Shown here piece after piece: positions 1 through 13,064 of a DNA stretch of 64,000 nucleotides. How positions within the stretch are numbered: the first letter of the stretch is position 1; every line of letters begins with the position of its first letter. The notes beneath the pieces were generated by a model. That model was given only the letters and a program-made list of their open reading frames with translations, was not told the DNA's origin and ran no database searches. A program made the translations under genes and the position numbers. Source of the DNA: Eledone cirrhosa (Eukaryota); assembly GCA_964016885.1 (NCBI GenBank), contig OZ024741.1:261516001-261580000 (forward strand), given 5' to 3'.

Positions 1-2585
1 ACGAGTGGTTTGAATTACGAGTGTTCTGACTACGAGTGTTCTGACTTACGAGTGTTTCGGCTTATGAGTGTTTCGACTTACGAGTGTTTCGGTTTATGAG
101 TGTTTCGACTTACGAGTGTTTCGACTTACGAGTGTTTCGACTTACGGGTGTTTCGACTTACGAGTGTTTCGTCTACGAGTGTTTCGACTTACGAGTGTTT
201 CGGCTTACGAGTATTTCGACATACGGGTGTTTCGACTTACGGTGTTTCGGCTTACGAGTGTTTCGACTTACGAGTGTTTTGACTTACGAGTGTTCTGACT
301 TACGAGTGTTCCGACTTACGAGTGTTCCGACTTACGAGTGTTTCGGCTTACGAGTGTTTCGGCTTACGAGTGTTTCGGCTTACGAGTGTTTTGACTTACG
401 AGTGTTCTGACTACGAGTGTTCTGACTTACGGGTGTTCTGACTTACGGTGTTCCGACTTACGAGTGTTTCGGCTAATGAGTGTTTCGACTTACGGGCGTT
501 TCGACTTACGGGTGTTTCGAATTACGAGTGTTTTGACTTACGAGTGTTCTGACTTACGAGTGTTCCGACTTACGACTGTTTCGACTTACGAGTGTTTTGA
601 CTTACGAGTGTTCCGAGTTACGAGTGTTTCGGCTTACGGGTGTTTCGACGTACGAGTATTTTTGGCTTACGAGTGTTTCGAGTTACGAGTGTTTTGAATT
701 ACGATTGTTTCGGCTTACGAGTGTTTCGACTTACGAGTATTTCGACTTGCGGGTGTTTTGACATACGAGTGTTTCGATACGAGTGCTCTGACTTACGGGT
801 GTTCTGACTTACGTGTGTTCCGACTTACGAGTGTTTCGGCTATGGGTGTTTCGACTTACGAGTGTTTCGACTTACGAATGTTTTGGCTTACGAGTGTTTC
901 GGCTTACGAGTGTTTCGACTTACGAATGTTTTGGTTTACGAGTGTTTCGGCTTATGGGTGTTTCGACTTACGAGTGTTTCGACTTACGAGTGTTTTGACT
1001 TACGGTGTTTCGGCTTACAAGTTATTCGACATACGAGTGTTTCGACTTACGGGTGTTTCGACTTACGGGTGTTTCGACTTACGAGTGTTTCGACTTACGA
1101 GTGTTCTGACTTACGAGTGTTCTGACTTACGAGCGTTCTGACTTACGAGTGTTCTGACTTACGAGTGTTCCGTCTTACGAGTGTTCCGACTTACGAGTGT
1201 TTTGACTTACGAGTGTTCTGACTTACGAGTGTTCTGACTTACGAGTGTTCCGACTTACGAGTGTTCCGACTTACGAGTGTTTCGGCTTACGAGTGTTTCG
1301 GCTTACTAATGTTTTTACTTACGAGTGTTTCGGTGTACGAGTGTTTCGGTGTACGAGTGTTTCGACTTAAGGTTGTTTCGACTTACGATTGTTTTGACTT
1401 ACGAGTGTTTCGACTTACGAGTGTTTCGACTTAAGAGTGTTTTGGCTTACGAATGTTTTGACTTACGGGTGTTTCGACTTACGGGTGTTTCGGCTTACGA
1501 GTGTTTCGACTTACGAGTGTTTTGACTTACGAGTGTTCTGACTTACGAGTGTTCCGACTTACGAGTGTTCCGACTTACGAGTGTTTCGGCTTACGAGTGT
1601 TTCGGCTTACGAGTGTTTCGGCTTACGAGTGTTTTGACTTACGAGTGTTCTGACTACGAGTGTTCTGACTTACGGGTGTTCTGACTTACGAGTGTTCCGA
1701 CTTACGAGTGTTTCGGCTAATGAGTGTTTCGACTTACGGGCGTTTCGACTTACGGGTGTTTCGACTTACGAGTGTTTTGACTTACGAGTGTTCTGACTTA
1801 CGAGTGTTCTGACTTACGAGTGTTCCGACTTACGACTGTTTCGACTTACGAGTGTTTTGACTTACGAGTGTTCCGACTTACGATTGTTTCGGCTTACGGG
1901 TGTTTCGACGTACGAGTATTTTTGGCTTACGAGTGTTTCGACTTACGAGTGTTTTGAATTACGATTGTTTCGGCTTACGAGTGTTTCGACTTACGAGTAT
2001 TTCGACTTACGAGTTTTTTTACTTACGGTGTTTCGGCTTACGAGTGTTTCGACTTATGAGTGTTTCGACTTACGAGTGTTCTGACTTACGAGTGTTCTGA
2101 CTTGCGAGTGTTCCGACTTACGAGTGTTTCGGCTTACGAGTGTTTCGACATACGAGTGTTTTGACTTACGGATGTTTCGACTTACGGGTGTTTCGACTTA
2201 CGAGTGTTTCGACTTACGAGTGTTCTGACTACGAGTGTTCTGACTTACGGGTGTTTCGACTTACGAGTGTTTCGACTTACGAGTGTTCCGACCTACGAGG
2301 GTTTCAGCTTACGGGTGTTCCGGCTTATGAGTATTTTCGGCTTACGTGTGTTTCGACTTACGAGTGTTTTGACTTACGATTGTTTCGGCTTACGAGTGTT
2401 TCGACTTACGAGTGTTTCGACTTACGAGTGTTTTGACTTACGGGTGTTTTGACATACGAGTGTTTCGATACGAGTGTTCTGACTTACGAGTGTTCTGACT
2501 TACGAGTGTTCTGACTTACGAGTGTTCTGACTTACGAGTGTTCTGACTTACGAGTGTTCTGACTTACGAGTGTTTCGACTTACGA

Positions 2586-2654
2586 AAATAACAAATAGAC
2601 GCGGTTTCAAATCTCTATGCTTTTCAAGTTCATTATATTAATCTTTATTTATAC
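2586..2654. repeat. 69-bp AT-rich insert, allele A
   Basis: aaataacaaatagacgcggtttcaaatctctatgcttttcaagttcattatattaatctttatttatac, placed after gacttacga. Confidence 0.95.
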
Positions 2655-5600
2655 GTTTCGCTTTACGAATGTTTCGACTTACGAGTGTTTCGACTTACGA
2701 GTGTTTCGGCTTACGAGTGTTTTGACTTACGAGATTTTTGACTTACGGGTCTTTCGACTTACGCGTGTTTCCACTTACGAGTGTTCTGACTTACGAGTGT
2801 TCAGACTTACGAGTGTTCCGACTTACGAGTGTTTTGGCTTACGAGTGTTTTGACTTAAGGGTGTTTCGACTTACGAGTGTTTCGATACGAGTGTTTCGAC
2901 TTACGAGTGTTTCGGCTTACGAGTGTTTCGACTTACGAGTGTTTCGACTTACGAGTGTTCTGATTTACGGATGTTTCGACATACGAGCGTTTCGACTTAC
3001 GAGTGTTTCGACTTACGAGTGTTTTGACATACGGGTGTTTTGACATACGAATGTTTCGATACGAGTGTTTCGACTTACGAGTGTTCTGACTTACGAGTGT
3101 TCTGACTTACGAGTGTTCTGACTTACGAGTGTTCTGACTTACGAGTGTTCCGACTTACGAGTGTTCCGACTTACGAGTGTTTCGGCTTACGAGTGTTTCG
3201 GCTTACGAGTGTTTCGACTTACGAGTGTTTCGACTTACGAGTGTTCCGACTTACGGGTGTTTCGACTTACGAGTGTTTTGGCTTACGGTGTTTCGGCTTA
3301 CGAGTGTTTCGACTTACGATTGTTTTGACTTACGGGTGTTTTGACATACGAGTGTTTCGATACGAGTGCTCTGACTTACGAGTGTTCTGACTTACGAGTG
3401 TTCTGACTTACGAGTGTTCTGACTTACGGGTGTTCTGACTTACGAGTGTACCGACTTACGAGTGTTTCGGCTAATGAGTGTTTCGACTTACGGGCGTTTC
3501 GACTTACGGGTGTTTCGACTTACGAGTGTTTTGACTTACGAGTGTTCTGACTTACGAGTGTTCTGACTTACGAGTGTTCCGACTTACGACTGTTTCGACT
3601 TACGAGTGTTTTGACTTACGAGTGTTCCGACTTACGAGTGTTTCGGCTTACGGGTGTTTCGACGTACGAGTATTTTTGGCTTACGAGTGTTTCGACTTAC
3701 GAGTGTTTTGAATTACGATTGTTTCGGCTTACGAGTGTTTCGACTTACGAGTGTTTTGAATTACGAATGTTTCGGCTTACGAGTGTTTCGACTTACGAGT
3801 GTTCTCACTTACGAGTGTTCTGACTTACGAGTGTTTCGATACGAGTGCTCTGACTTACGAGTGTTCTGACTTACGAGTGTTCTCACTTACGAGTGTTCTG
3901 ACTTACGGGTGTTCTGACTTACGTGTATTCCGACTTACGAGTGTTTCGGCTATGGATGTTTCGACTTACGAGTGTTTCGACTTACGAATGTTTTGGCTTA
4001 CGAGTGTTTCGGCTTACGAGTGTTTCGACTTACGAATGTTTTGGCTTACGAGTGTTTCGGCTTATTGGTGTTTCGACTTACGAGTGTTTCGACTTACGAG
4101 TGTTTTGACTCACGGTGTTTCGGCTTACAAGTTATTCGACATACGAGTGTTTCGACTTATGGGTGTTTCGACTTACGAGTGTTTCGAGTTATGAGTGTTT
4201 CGACTTACGAGTGTTCTGACTTACGAGTGTTCTGACTTGCGAGTGTTCCGACTTACGAGTGTTTCGGCTTACGAGTGTTTCGACATACGAGTGTTTTGAC
4301 TTACGGATGTTTCGACTTACGGGTGTTTCGACTTACGAGTGTTTCGACATACGAGTGTTCTGACTTACGAGTGTTCTGACTTACGGGTGCTCTGACTTAC
4401 GAGTGTTTCGACTTACGAGTGTTTCGACTTACGAGTGTTTCGACTTACGAGTGTTTCGGCTTACGAGTGTTTCGACTTACTAATGTTTTTACTTACGAGT
4501 GTTTCGGTGTACGAGTGTTTCGACTTAAGGATGTTTCGTCTTACGAGTGTTTCGACTTACGAGTGTTTCGGCTTACGTGAGTTTCGACTTAAGAGTGTTC
4601 TGATTTACGAGTGTTCTGACTTGCGGGTGTTCTGATTTACGAGTGTTCCGACTTACGAGTGTTTCGGCTTATGAGTGTTTCGACTTACGAGTGTTTCGGC
4701 TTACGAGTGTTTCGACTTATGGGCGTTTCGACTTACGAGTGTTTTTACTTACGGTGTTTCGGCTTACGAGTGCATCGACATACGAGTGTTTTGACTTACG
4801 TGTGTTTCGACTTACGAGTGTTTTGACTTACGAATGTTTTGACTTACGAGTGTTTCGGCGTACGAGAGTTTTGAATTACGAGTGTTTCTACTTACGAGTG
4901 TTTCGACTTACGAGTGTTTTGACTTACGAATGTTTTGACTTACGGGTGTTTCGGCTTACGAGTGTTTCGACTTACGAGTCTTTCGGCTTACGAGTGTTTC
5001 GACTTACTAATGTTTTTACTTACGAGTGTTTCGGCGTACGAGTGTTTCGACTTACGAGTGTTTCGGGTTACGAGTGTTTCGACTTACTAATGTTTTTACT
5101 TACGAGTGTTTCGGCGTACGAGTGTTTCGAATTACGAGTGTTTTTACTTAAGGGTGTTTCGACTTACGAGTATTTTTGGCTTACGAGTGTTTCGACTTAC
5201 GAGTGTTTTGACTTACGAGTGTTCTGATTTACGGTTGTTTCGACATACGAGTGTTTTGACTTACGATGTTTCGACTTACGAGTGTTTCGACTTACGAGTG
5301 TTTCGACTTACGGGTGTTTCGACTTACGAGTGTTTCAACTTACGAGTGTTTCGACTTACGAATGTTTCGACTTACGGGTGTTTCGGCTTACGAGTGTTTC
5401 GACTTACGAGTGTTCTGACTTACGAGTGTTCTGACTTACGAGTTTTCCGGCTTACGAGTTTTTCGACTTACGAGTGTTTCGACTTACGAGTGTTTCGGCT
5501 TACGAGTGGTTTGACTTACGAGTGTTCTGACTACGAGTGTTCTGACTTACGAGTGTTTCGGCTTATGAGTGTTTCGACTTACGAGTGTTTCGGTTTATGA

Positions 5601-6203
5601 GTGTTTCGACTTACGAGTGTTTCGGCTTACGAGTGTTTCGACTTACGAGTGTTTCGACTTACGGGTGTTTCGACTTACGAGTGTTTCGTCTACGAGTGTT
5701 TCGACTTACGAGTGTTTCGGCTTACGAGTGTTTCGACATACGGGTGTTTGGACTTACGGTGTTTCGGCTTACGAGTGTTTCGACTTACGAGTGTTCTGAC
5801 TTACGAGTGTTCTGACTTATGAGTGTTCTGACTTACGAGTGTTCCGACTTACGAGTGTTTCGGCTTACGAGTGTTTCGGCTTACGAGTGTTTCGACTTAC
5901 GAGTGTTTCGACTTACGAGTGTTTCGACTTATGAGTGTTTTGACTTACGGTGTTTCGGCTTACGAGTGTTTCGACTTACGAGTGTTTTGACTTACTGGTG
6001 TTTTGACATACAAGTGTTTCGATACGAGTGTTTCGACTTACGAGTGTTCTGACTTACGAGTGTTCTGACTTACGAGTGTTCTGACTTACGAGTGTTCTAA
6101 CTTACGAGTGTTCTGACTTACGAGTGTTCTGACTTACGAGTGTTCCGACTTACGAGTGTTTCGGCTCACGAGTGTTTCGGCTTACGAGTGTTTCGACTTA
6201 CGA

Positions 6204-6272
6204 AAATAACAAATAGACGCGGTTTCAAATCTCTATGCTTTTCAAATTCAGTACATTAATCTTTATTTATAC
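6204..6272. repeat. 69-bp AT-rich insert, allele B
   Basis: aaataacaaatagacgcggtttcaaatctctatgcttttcaaattcagtacattaatctttatttatac. Confidence 0.95.
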
Positions 6273-9200
6273 TTTCGCTTTACGAGTGTTTCGACTTACG
6301 AGTGTTTCGACTTATGAGTGTTTCGGCTTACGAGTGTTTTGACTTTCGAGTGTTTTGACTTACATGTGTTTCGACTTACGCGTGTTTCGACTTACGAGTG
6401 TTTCGACTTGCGAGTGTTTCGACTACGGGTGTTTCGACTTACGAATGTTTTGACTTACGGATGTTTTGACTTACGGGTGTTTCGGCTTACGAGTGTTTCG
6501 ACTTACGAGTGTTCTGACTTACGAGTGTTCTGACTTACGAGTGTTCTGACTTACGAGTGTTCCGACTTACGAGTGTTCCGACTTACGAGTGTTCCGACTT
6601 ACGAGTGTTTCGGCTTACGAGTGTTTCGGCTTACGAGTGTTTCGACTTACGAGTGTTCCGACTTACGGGTGTTTCGACTTACGAGTGTTTTGGCTTACGG
6701 TGTTTCGGCTTACGAGTGTTTCGACTTACGATTGTTTTGACTTACGGGTGTTTTGACATACGAGTGTTTCGATACGAGTGCTCTGACTTACGAGTGTTCT
6801 GACTTACGAGTGTTCTGACTTACGAGTGTTCTGACTTACGGGTGTTCTGACTTACGAGTGTACCGACTTACGAGTGTTTCGGCTAATGAGTGTTTCGACT
6901 TACGGGCGTTTCGACTTACGGGTGTTTCGACTTACGAGTGTTTTGACTTACGAGTGTTCTGACTTACGAGTGTTCCGACTTACGACTGTTTCGACTTACG
7001 AGTGTTCCGACTTACGAGTGTTTCGGCTTACGGGTGTTTCGACGTACGAGTATTTTTGGCTTACGAGTGTTTCGACTTACGAGTGTTTTGAATTACGATT
7101 GTTTCGGCTTACGAGTGTTTCGACTTACGAGTGTTTTGAATTACGATTGTTTCGGCTTACGAGTGTTTCGACTTACGAGTATTTCGACTTACGAGTGTTT
7201 TGACTTACGGGTGTTTTGACATACGAGTGTTTCGATACGAGTGCTCTGACTTACGAGTGTTCTGACTTACGAGTGTTCTCACTTACGAGTGTTCTGACTT
7301 ACGGGTGTTCTGACTTACGTGTATTCCGACTTACGAGTGTTTCGGCTATGGATGTTTCGACTTACGAGTGTTTCGACTTACGAATGTTTTGGCTTACGAG
7401 TGTTTCGGCTTACGAGTGTTTCGACTTACGAATGTTTTGGCTTACGAGTGTTTCGGCTTATTGGTGTTTCGACTTACGAGTGTTTCGACTTACGAGTGTT
7501 TTGACTCACGGTGTTTCGGCTTACAAGTTATTCGACATACGAGTGTTTCGACTTATGGGTGTTTCGACTTACGAGTGTTTCGAGTTATGAGTGTTTCGAC
7601 TTACGAGTGTTCTGACTTACGAGTGTTCTGACTTGCGAGTGTTCCGACTTACGAGTGTTTCGGCTTACGAGTGTTTCGACATACGAGTGTTTTGACTTAC
7701 GGATGTTTCGACTTACGGGTGTTTCGACTTACGAGTGTTTCGACATACGAGTGTTCTGACTTACGAGTGTTCTGACTTACGGGTGCTCTGACTTACGAGT
7801 GTTTCGACTTACGAGTGTTTCGACTTACGAGTGTTTCGACTTACGAGTGTTTCGGCTTACGAGTGTTTCGACTTACTAATGTTTTTACTTACGAGTGTTT
7901 CGGTGTACGAGTGTTTCGACTTAAGGATGTTTCGTCTTACGAGTGTTTCGACTTACGAGTGTTTCGGCTTACGTGAGTTTCGACTTAAGAGTGTTCTGAT
8001 TTACGAGTGTTCTGACTTGCGGGTGTTCTGATTTACGAGTGTTCCGACTTACGAGTGTTTCGGCTTATGAGTGTTTCGACTTACGAGTGTTTCGGCTTAC
8101 GAGTGTTTCGACTTATGGGCGTTTCGACTTACGAGTGTTTTTACTTACGGTGTTTCGGCTTACGAGTGCATCGACATACGAGTGTTTTGACTTACGTGTG
8201 TTTCGACTTACGAGTGTTTTGACTTACGAATGTTTTGACTTACGAGTGTTTCGGCGTACGAGAGTTTTGACTTACGAGTGTTTCTACTTACGAGTGTTTC
8301 GACTTACGAGTGTTTTGACTTACGAATGTTTTGACTTACGGGTGTTTCGGCTTACGAGTGTTTCGACTTACGAGTCTTTCGGCTTACGAGTGTTTCGACT
8401 TACTAATGTTTTTACTTACGAATGTTTCGGCGTACGAGTGTTTCGACTTACGAGTGTTTCGGGTTACGAGTGTTTCGACTTACTAATGTTTTTACTTACG
8501 AGTGTTTCGGCGTACGAGTGTTTCGAATTTCGAGTGTTTTTACTTAAGGGTGTTTCGACTTACGAGTATTTTTGGCTTACGAGTGTTTCGACTTACGAGT
8601 GTTTTGACTTACGAGTGTTCTGATTTACGGTTGTTTCGACATACGAGTGTTTTGACTTACGATGTTTCGACTTACGAGTGTTTCGACTTACGAGTGTTTC
8701 GACTTACGGGTGTTTCGACTTACGAGTGTTTCAACTTACGAGTGTTTCGACTTACGAATGTTTCGACTTACGGGTGTTTCGGCTTACGAGTGTTTCGACT
8801 TACGAGTGTTCTGACTTACGAGTGTTCTGACTTACGAGTTTTCCGGCTTACGAGTTTTTCGACTTACGAGTGTTTCGACTTACGAGTGTTTCGGCTTACG
8901 AGTGGTTTGACTTACGAGTGTTCTGACTACGAGTGTTCTGACTTACGAGTGTTTCGGCTTATGAGTGTTTCGACTTACGAGTGTTTCGGTTTATGAGTGT
9001 TTCGACTTACGAGTGTTTCGGCTTACGAGTGTTTCGACTTACGAGTGTTTCGACTTACGGGTGTTTCGACTTACGAGTGTTTCGTCTACGAGTGTTTCGA
9101 CTTACGAGTGTTTCGGCTTACGAGTGTTTCGACATACGGGTGTTTGGACTTACGGTGTTTCGGCTTACGAGTGTTTCGACTTACGAGTGTTCTGACTTAC

Positions 9201-9599
9201 GAGTGTTCTGACTTATGAGTGTTCTGACTTACGAGTGTTCCGACTTACGAGTGTTTCGGCTTACGAGTGTTTCGGCTTACGAGTGTTTCGACTTACGAGT
9301 GTTTCGACTTACGAGTGTTTCGACTTATGAGTGTTTTGACTTACGGTGTTTCGGCTTACGAGTGTTTCGACTTACGAGTGTTTTGACTTACTGGTGTTTT
9401 GACATACGAGTGTTTCGATACGAGTGTTTCGACTTACGAGTGTTCTGACTTACGAGTGTTCTGACTTACGAGTGTTCTGACTTACGAGTGTTCTAACTTA
9501 CGAGTGTTCTGACTTACGAGTGTTCTGACTTACGAGTGTTCCGACTTACGAGTGTTTCGGCTCACGAGTGTTTCGGCTTACGAGTGTTTCGACTTACGA

Positions 9600-9668
9600 A
9601 AATAACAAATAGACGCGGTTTCAAATCTCTATGCTTTTCAAATTCAGTACATTAATCTTTATTTATAC
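9600..9668. repeat. 69-bp AT-rich insert, allele B
   Basis: Same sequence as the 6204 copy. Confidence 0.95.
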
Positions 9669-12600
9669 TTTCGCTTTACGAGTGTTTCGACTTACGAGTG
9701 TTTCGACTTATGAGTGTTTCGGCTTACGAGTGTTTTGACTTTCGAGTGTTTTGACTTACATGTGTTTCGACTTACGCGTGTTTCGACTTACGAGTGTTTC
9801 GACTTGCGAGTGTTTCGACTACGGGTGTTTCGACTTACGAATGTTTTGACTTACGGATGTTTTGACTTACGGGTGTTTCGGCTTACGAGTGTTTCGACTT
9901 ACGAGTGTTCTGACTTACGAGTGTTCTGACTTACGAGTGTTCTGACTTACGAGTGTTCCGACTTACGAGTGTTCCGACTTACGAGTGTTCCGACTTACGA
10001 GTGTTTCGGCTTACGAGTGTTTCGGCTTACGAGTGTTTCGACTTACGAGTGTTCCGACTTACGGGTGTTTCGACTTACGAGTGTTTTGGCTTACGGTGTT
10101 TCGGCTTACGAGTGTTTCGACTTACGATTGTTTTGACTTACGGGTGTTTTGACATACGAGTGTTTCGATACGAGTGCTCTGACTTACGAGTGTTCTGACT
10201 TACGAGTGTTCTGACTTACGAGTGTTCTGACTTACGGGTGTTCTGACTTACGAGTGTACCGACTTACGAGTGTTTTGGCTAATGAGTGTTTCGACTTACG
10301 GGCGTTTCGACTTACGGGTGTTTCGACTTACGAGTGTTTTGACTTACGAGTGTTCTGACTTACGAGTGTTCCGACTTACGACTGTTTTGACTTACGAGTG
10401 TTCCGACTTACGAGTGTTTTGGCTTACGGGTGTTTCGACGTACGAGTATTTTTGGCTTACGAGTGTTTCGACTTACGAGTGTTTTGAATTACGATTGTTT
10501 CGGCTTACGAGTGTTTCGACTTACGAGTGTTTTGAATTACGATTGTTTCGGCTTACGAGTGTTTCGACTTACGAGTATTTCGACTTACGAGTGTTTTGAC
10601 TTACGGGTGTTTTGACATACGAGTGTTTCGATACGAGTGCTCTGACTTACGAGTGTTCTGACTTACGAGTGTTCTCACTTACGAGTGTTCTGACTTACGG
10701 GTGTTCTGACTTACGTGTATTCCGACTTACGAGTGTTTCGGCTATGGATGTTTCGACTTACGAGTGTTTCGACTTACGAATGTTTTGGCTTACGAGTGTT
10801 TCGGCTTACGAGTGTTTCGACTTACGAATGTTTTGGCTTACGAGTGTTTCGGCTTATTGGTGTTTCGACTTACGAGTGTTTCGACTTACGAGTGTTTTGA
10901 CTCACGGTGTTTCGGCTTACAAGTTATTCGACATACGAGTGTTTCGACTTATGGGTGTTTCGACTTACGAGTGTTTCGAGTTATGAGTGTTTCGACTTAC
11001 GAGTGTTCTGACTTACGAGTGTTCTGACTTGCGAGTGTTCCGACTTACGAGTGTTTCGGCTTACGAGTGTTTCGACATACGAGTGTTTTGACTTACGGAT
11101 GTTTCGACTTACGGGTGTTTCGACTTACGAGTGTTTCGACATACGAGTGTTCTGACTTACGAGTGTTCTGACTTACGGGTGCTCTGACTTACGAGTGTTT
11201 CGACTTACGAGTGTTTCGACTTACGAGTGTTTCGACTTACGAGTGTTTCGGCTTACGAGTGTTTCGACTTACTAATGTTTTTACTTACGAGTGTTTCGGT
11301 GTACGAGTGTTTCGACTTAAGGATGTTTCGTCTTACGAGTGTTTCGACTTACGAGTGTTTCGGCTTACGTGAGTTTCGACTTAAGAGTGTTCTGATTTAC
11401 GAGTGTTCTGACTTGCGGGTGTTCTGATTTACGAGTGTTCCGACTTACGAGTGTTTCGGCTTATGAGTGTTTCGACTTACGAGTGTTTCGGCTTACGAGT
11501 GTTTCGACTTATGGGCGTTTCGACTTACGAGTGTTTTTACTTACGGTGTTTCGGCTTACGAGTGCATCGACATACGAGTGTTTTGACTTACGTGTGTTTC
11601 GACTTACGAGTGTTTTGACTTACGAATGTTTTGACTTACGAGTGTTTCGGCGTACGAGAGTTTTGACTTACGAGTGTTTCTACTTACGAGTGTTTCGACT
11701 TACGAGTGTTTTGACTTACGAATGTTTTGACTTACGGGTGTTTCGGCTTACGAGTGTTTCGACTTACGAGTCTTTCGGCTTACGAGTGTTTCGACTTACT
11801 AATGTTTTTACTTACGAGTGTTTCGGCGTACGAGTGTTTCGACTTACGAGTGTTTCGGGTTACGAGTGTTTCGACTTACTAATGTTTTTACTTACGAGTG
11901 TTTCGGCGTACGAGTGTTTCGAATTACGAGTGTTTTTACTTAAGGGTGTTTCGACTTACGAGTATTTTTGGCTTACGAGTGTTTCGACTTACGAGTGTTT
12001 TGACTTACGAGTGTTCTGATTTACGGTTGTTTCGACATACGAGTGTTTTGACTTACGATGTTTCGACTTACGAGTGTTTCGACTTACGAGTGTTTCGACT
12101 TACGGGTGTTTCGACTTACGAGTGTTTCAACTTACGAGTGTTTCGACTTACGAATGTTTCGACTTACGGGTGTTTCGGCTTACGAGTGTTTCGACTTACG
12201 AGTGTTCTGACTTACGAGTGTTCTGACTTACGAGTTTTCCGGCTTACGAGTTTTTCGACTTACGAGTGTTTCGACTTACGAGTGTTTCGGCTTACGAGTG
12301 GTTTGACTTACGAGTGTTCTGACTACGAGTGTTCTGACTTACGAGTGTTTCGGCTTATGAGTGTTTCGACTTACGAGTGTTTCGGTTTATGAGTGTTTCG
12401 ACTTACGAGTGTTTCGGCTTACGAGTGTTTCGACTTACGAGTGTTTCGACTTACGGGTGTTTCGACTTACGAGTGTTTCGTCTACGAGTGTTTCGACTTA
12501 CGAGTGTTTCGGCTTACGAGTGTTTCGACATACGGGTGTTTGGACTTACGGTGTTTCGGCTTACGAGTGTTTCGAATTACGAGTGTTCTGACTTACGAGT

Positions 12601-12995
12601 GTTCTGACTTATGAGTGTTCTGACTTACGAGTGTTCCGACTTACGAGTGTTTCGGCTTACGAGTGTTTCGGCTTACGAGTGTTTCGACTTACGAGTGTTT
12701 CGACTTACGAGTGTTTCGACTTATGAGTGTTTTGACTTACGGTGTTTCGGCTTACGAGTGTTTCGACTTACGAGTGTTTTGACTTACTGGTGTTTTGACA
12801 TACGAGTGTTTCGATACGAGTGTTTCGACTTACGAGTGTTCTGACTTACGAGTGTTCTGACTTACGAGTGTTCTGACTTACGAGTGTTCTAACTTACGAG
12901 TGTTCTGACTTACGAGTGTTCTGACTTACGAGTGTTCCGACTTACGAGTGTTTCGGCTCACGAGTGTTTCGGCTTACGAGTGTTTCGACTTACGA

Positions 12996-13064
12996 AAATA
13001 ACAAATAGACGCAGTTTCAAATCTCTATGCTTTTCAAATTCAGTACATTAATCTTTATTTATAC
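12996..13064. repeat. 69-bp AT-rich insert, allele B (gacgcag variant)
   Basis: As the 6204 copy, with a CpG>CpA change (gacgcagttt). Confidence 0.95.

Noticed and set aside
2617-2853. ORFs starting MLFKF at the ATG within the 69-bp insert (also 39151, 39724, 52766, 57786) that look like signal-peptide proteins
   Set aside because: The hydrophobic start reflects T-rich DNA. The downstream part is satellite read-through of inconsistent length among copies.
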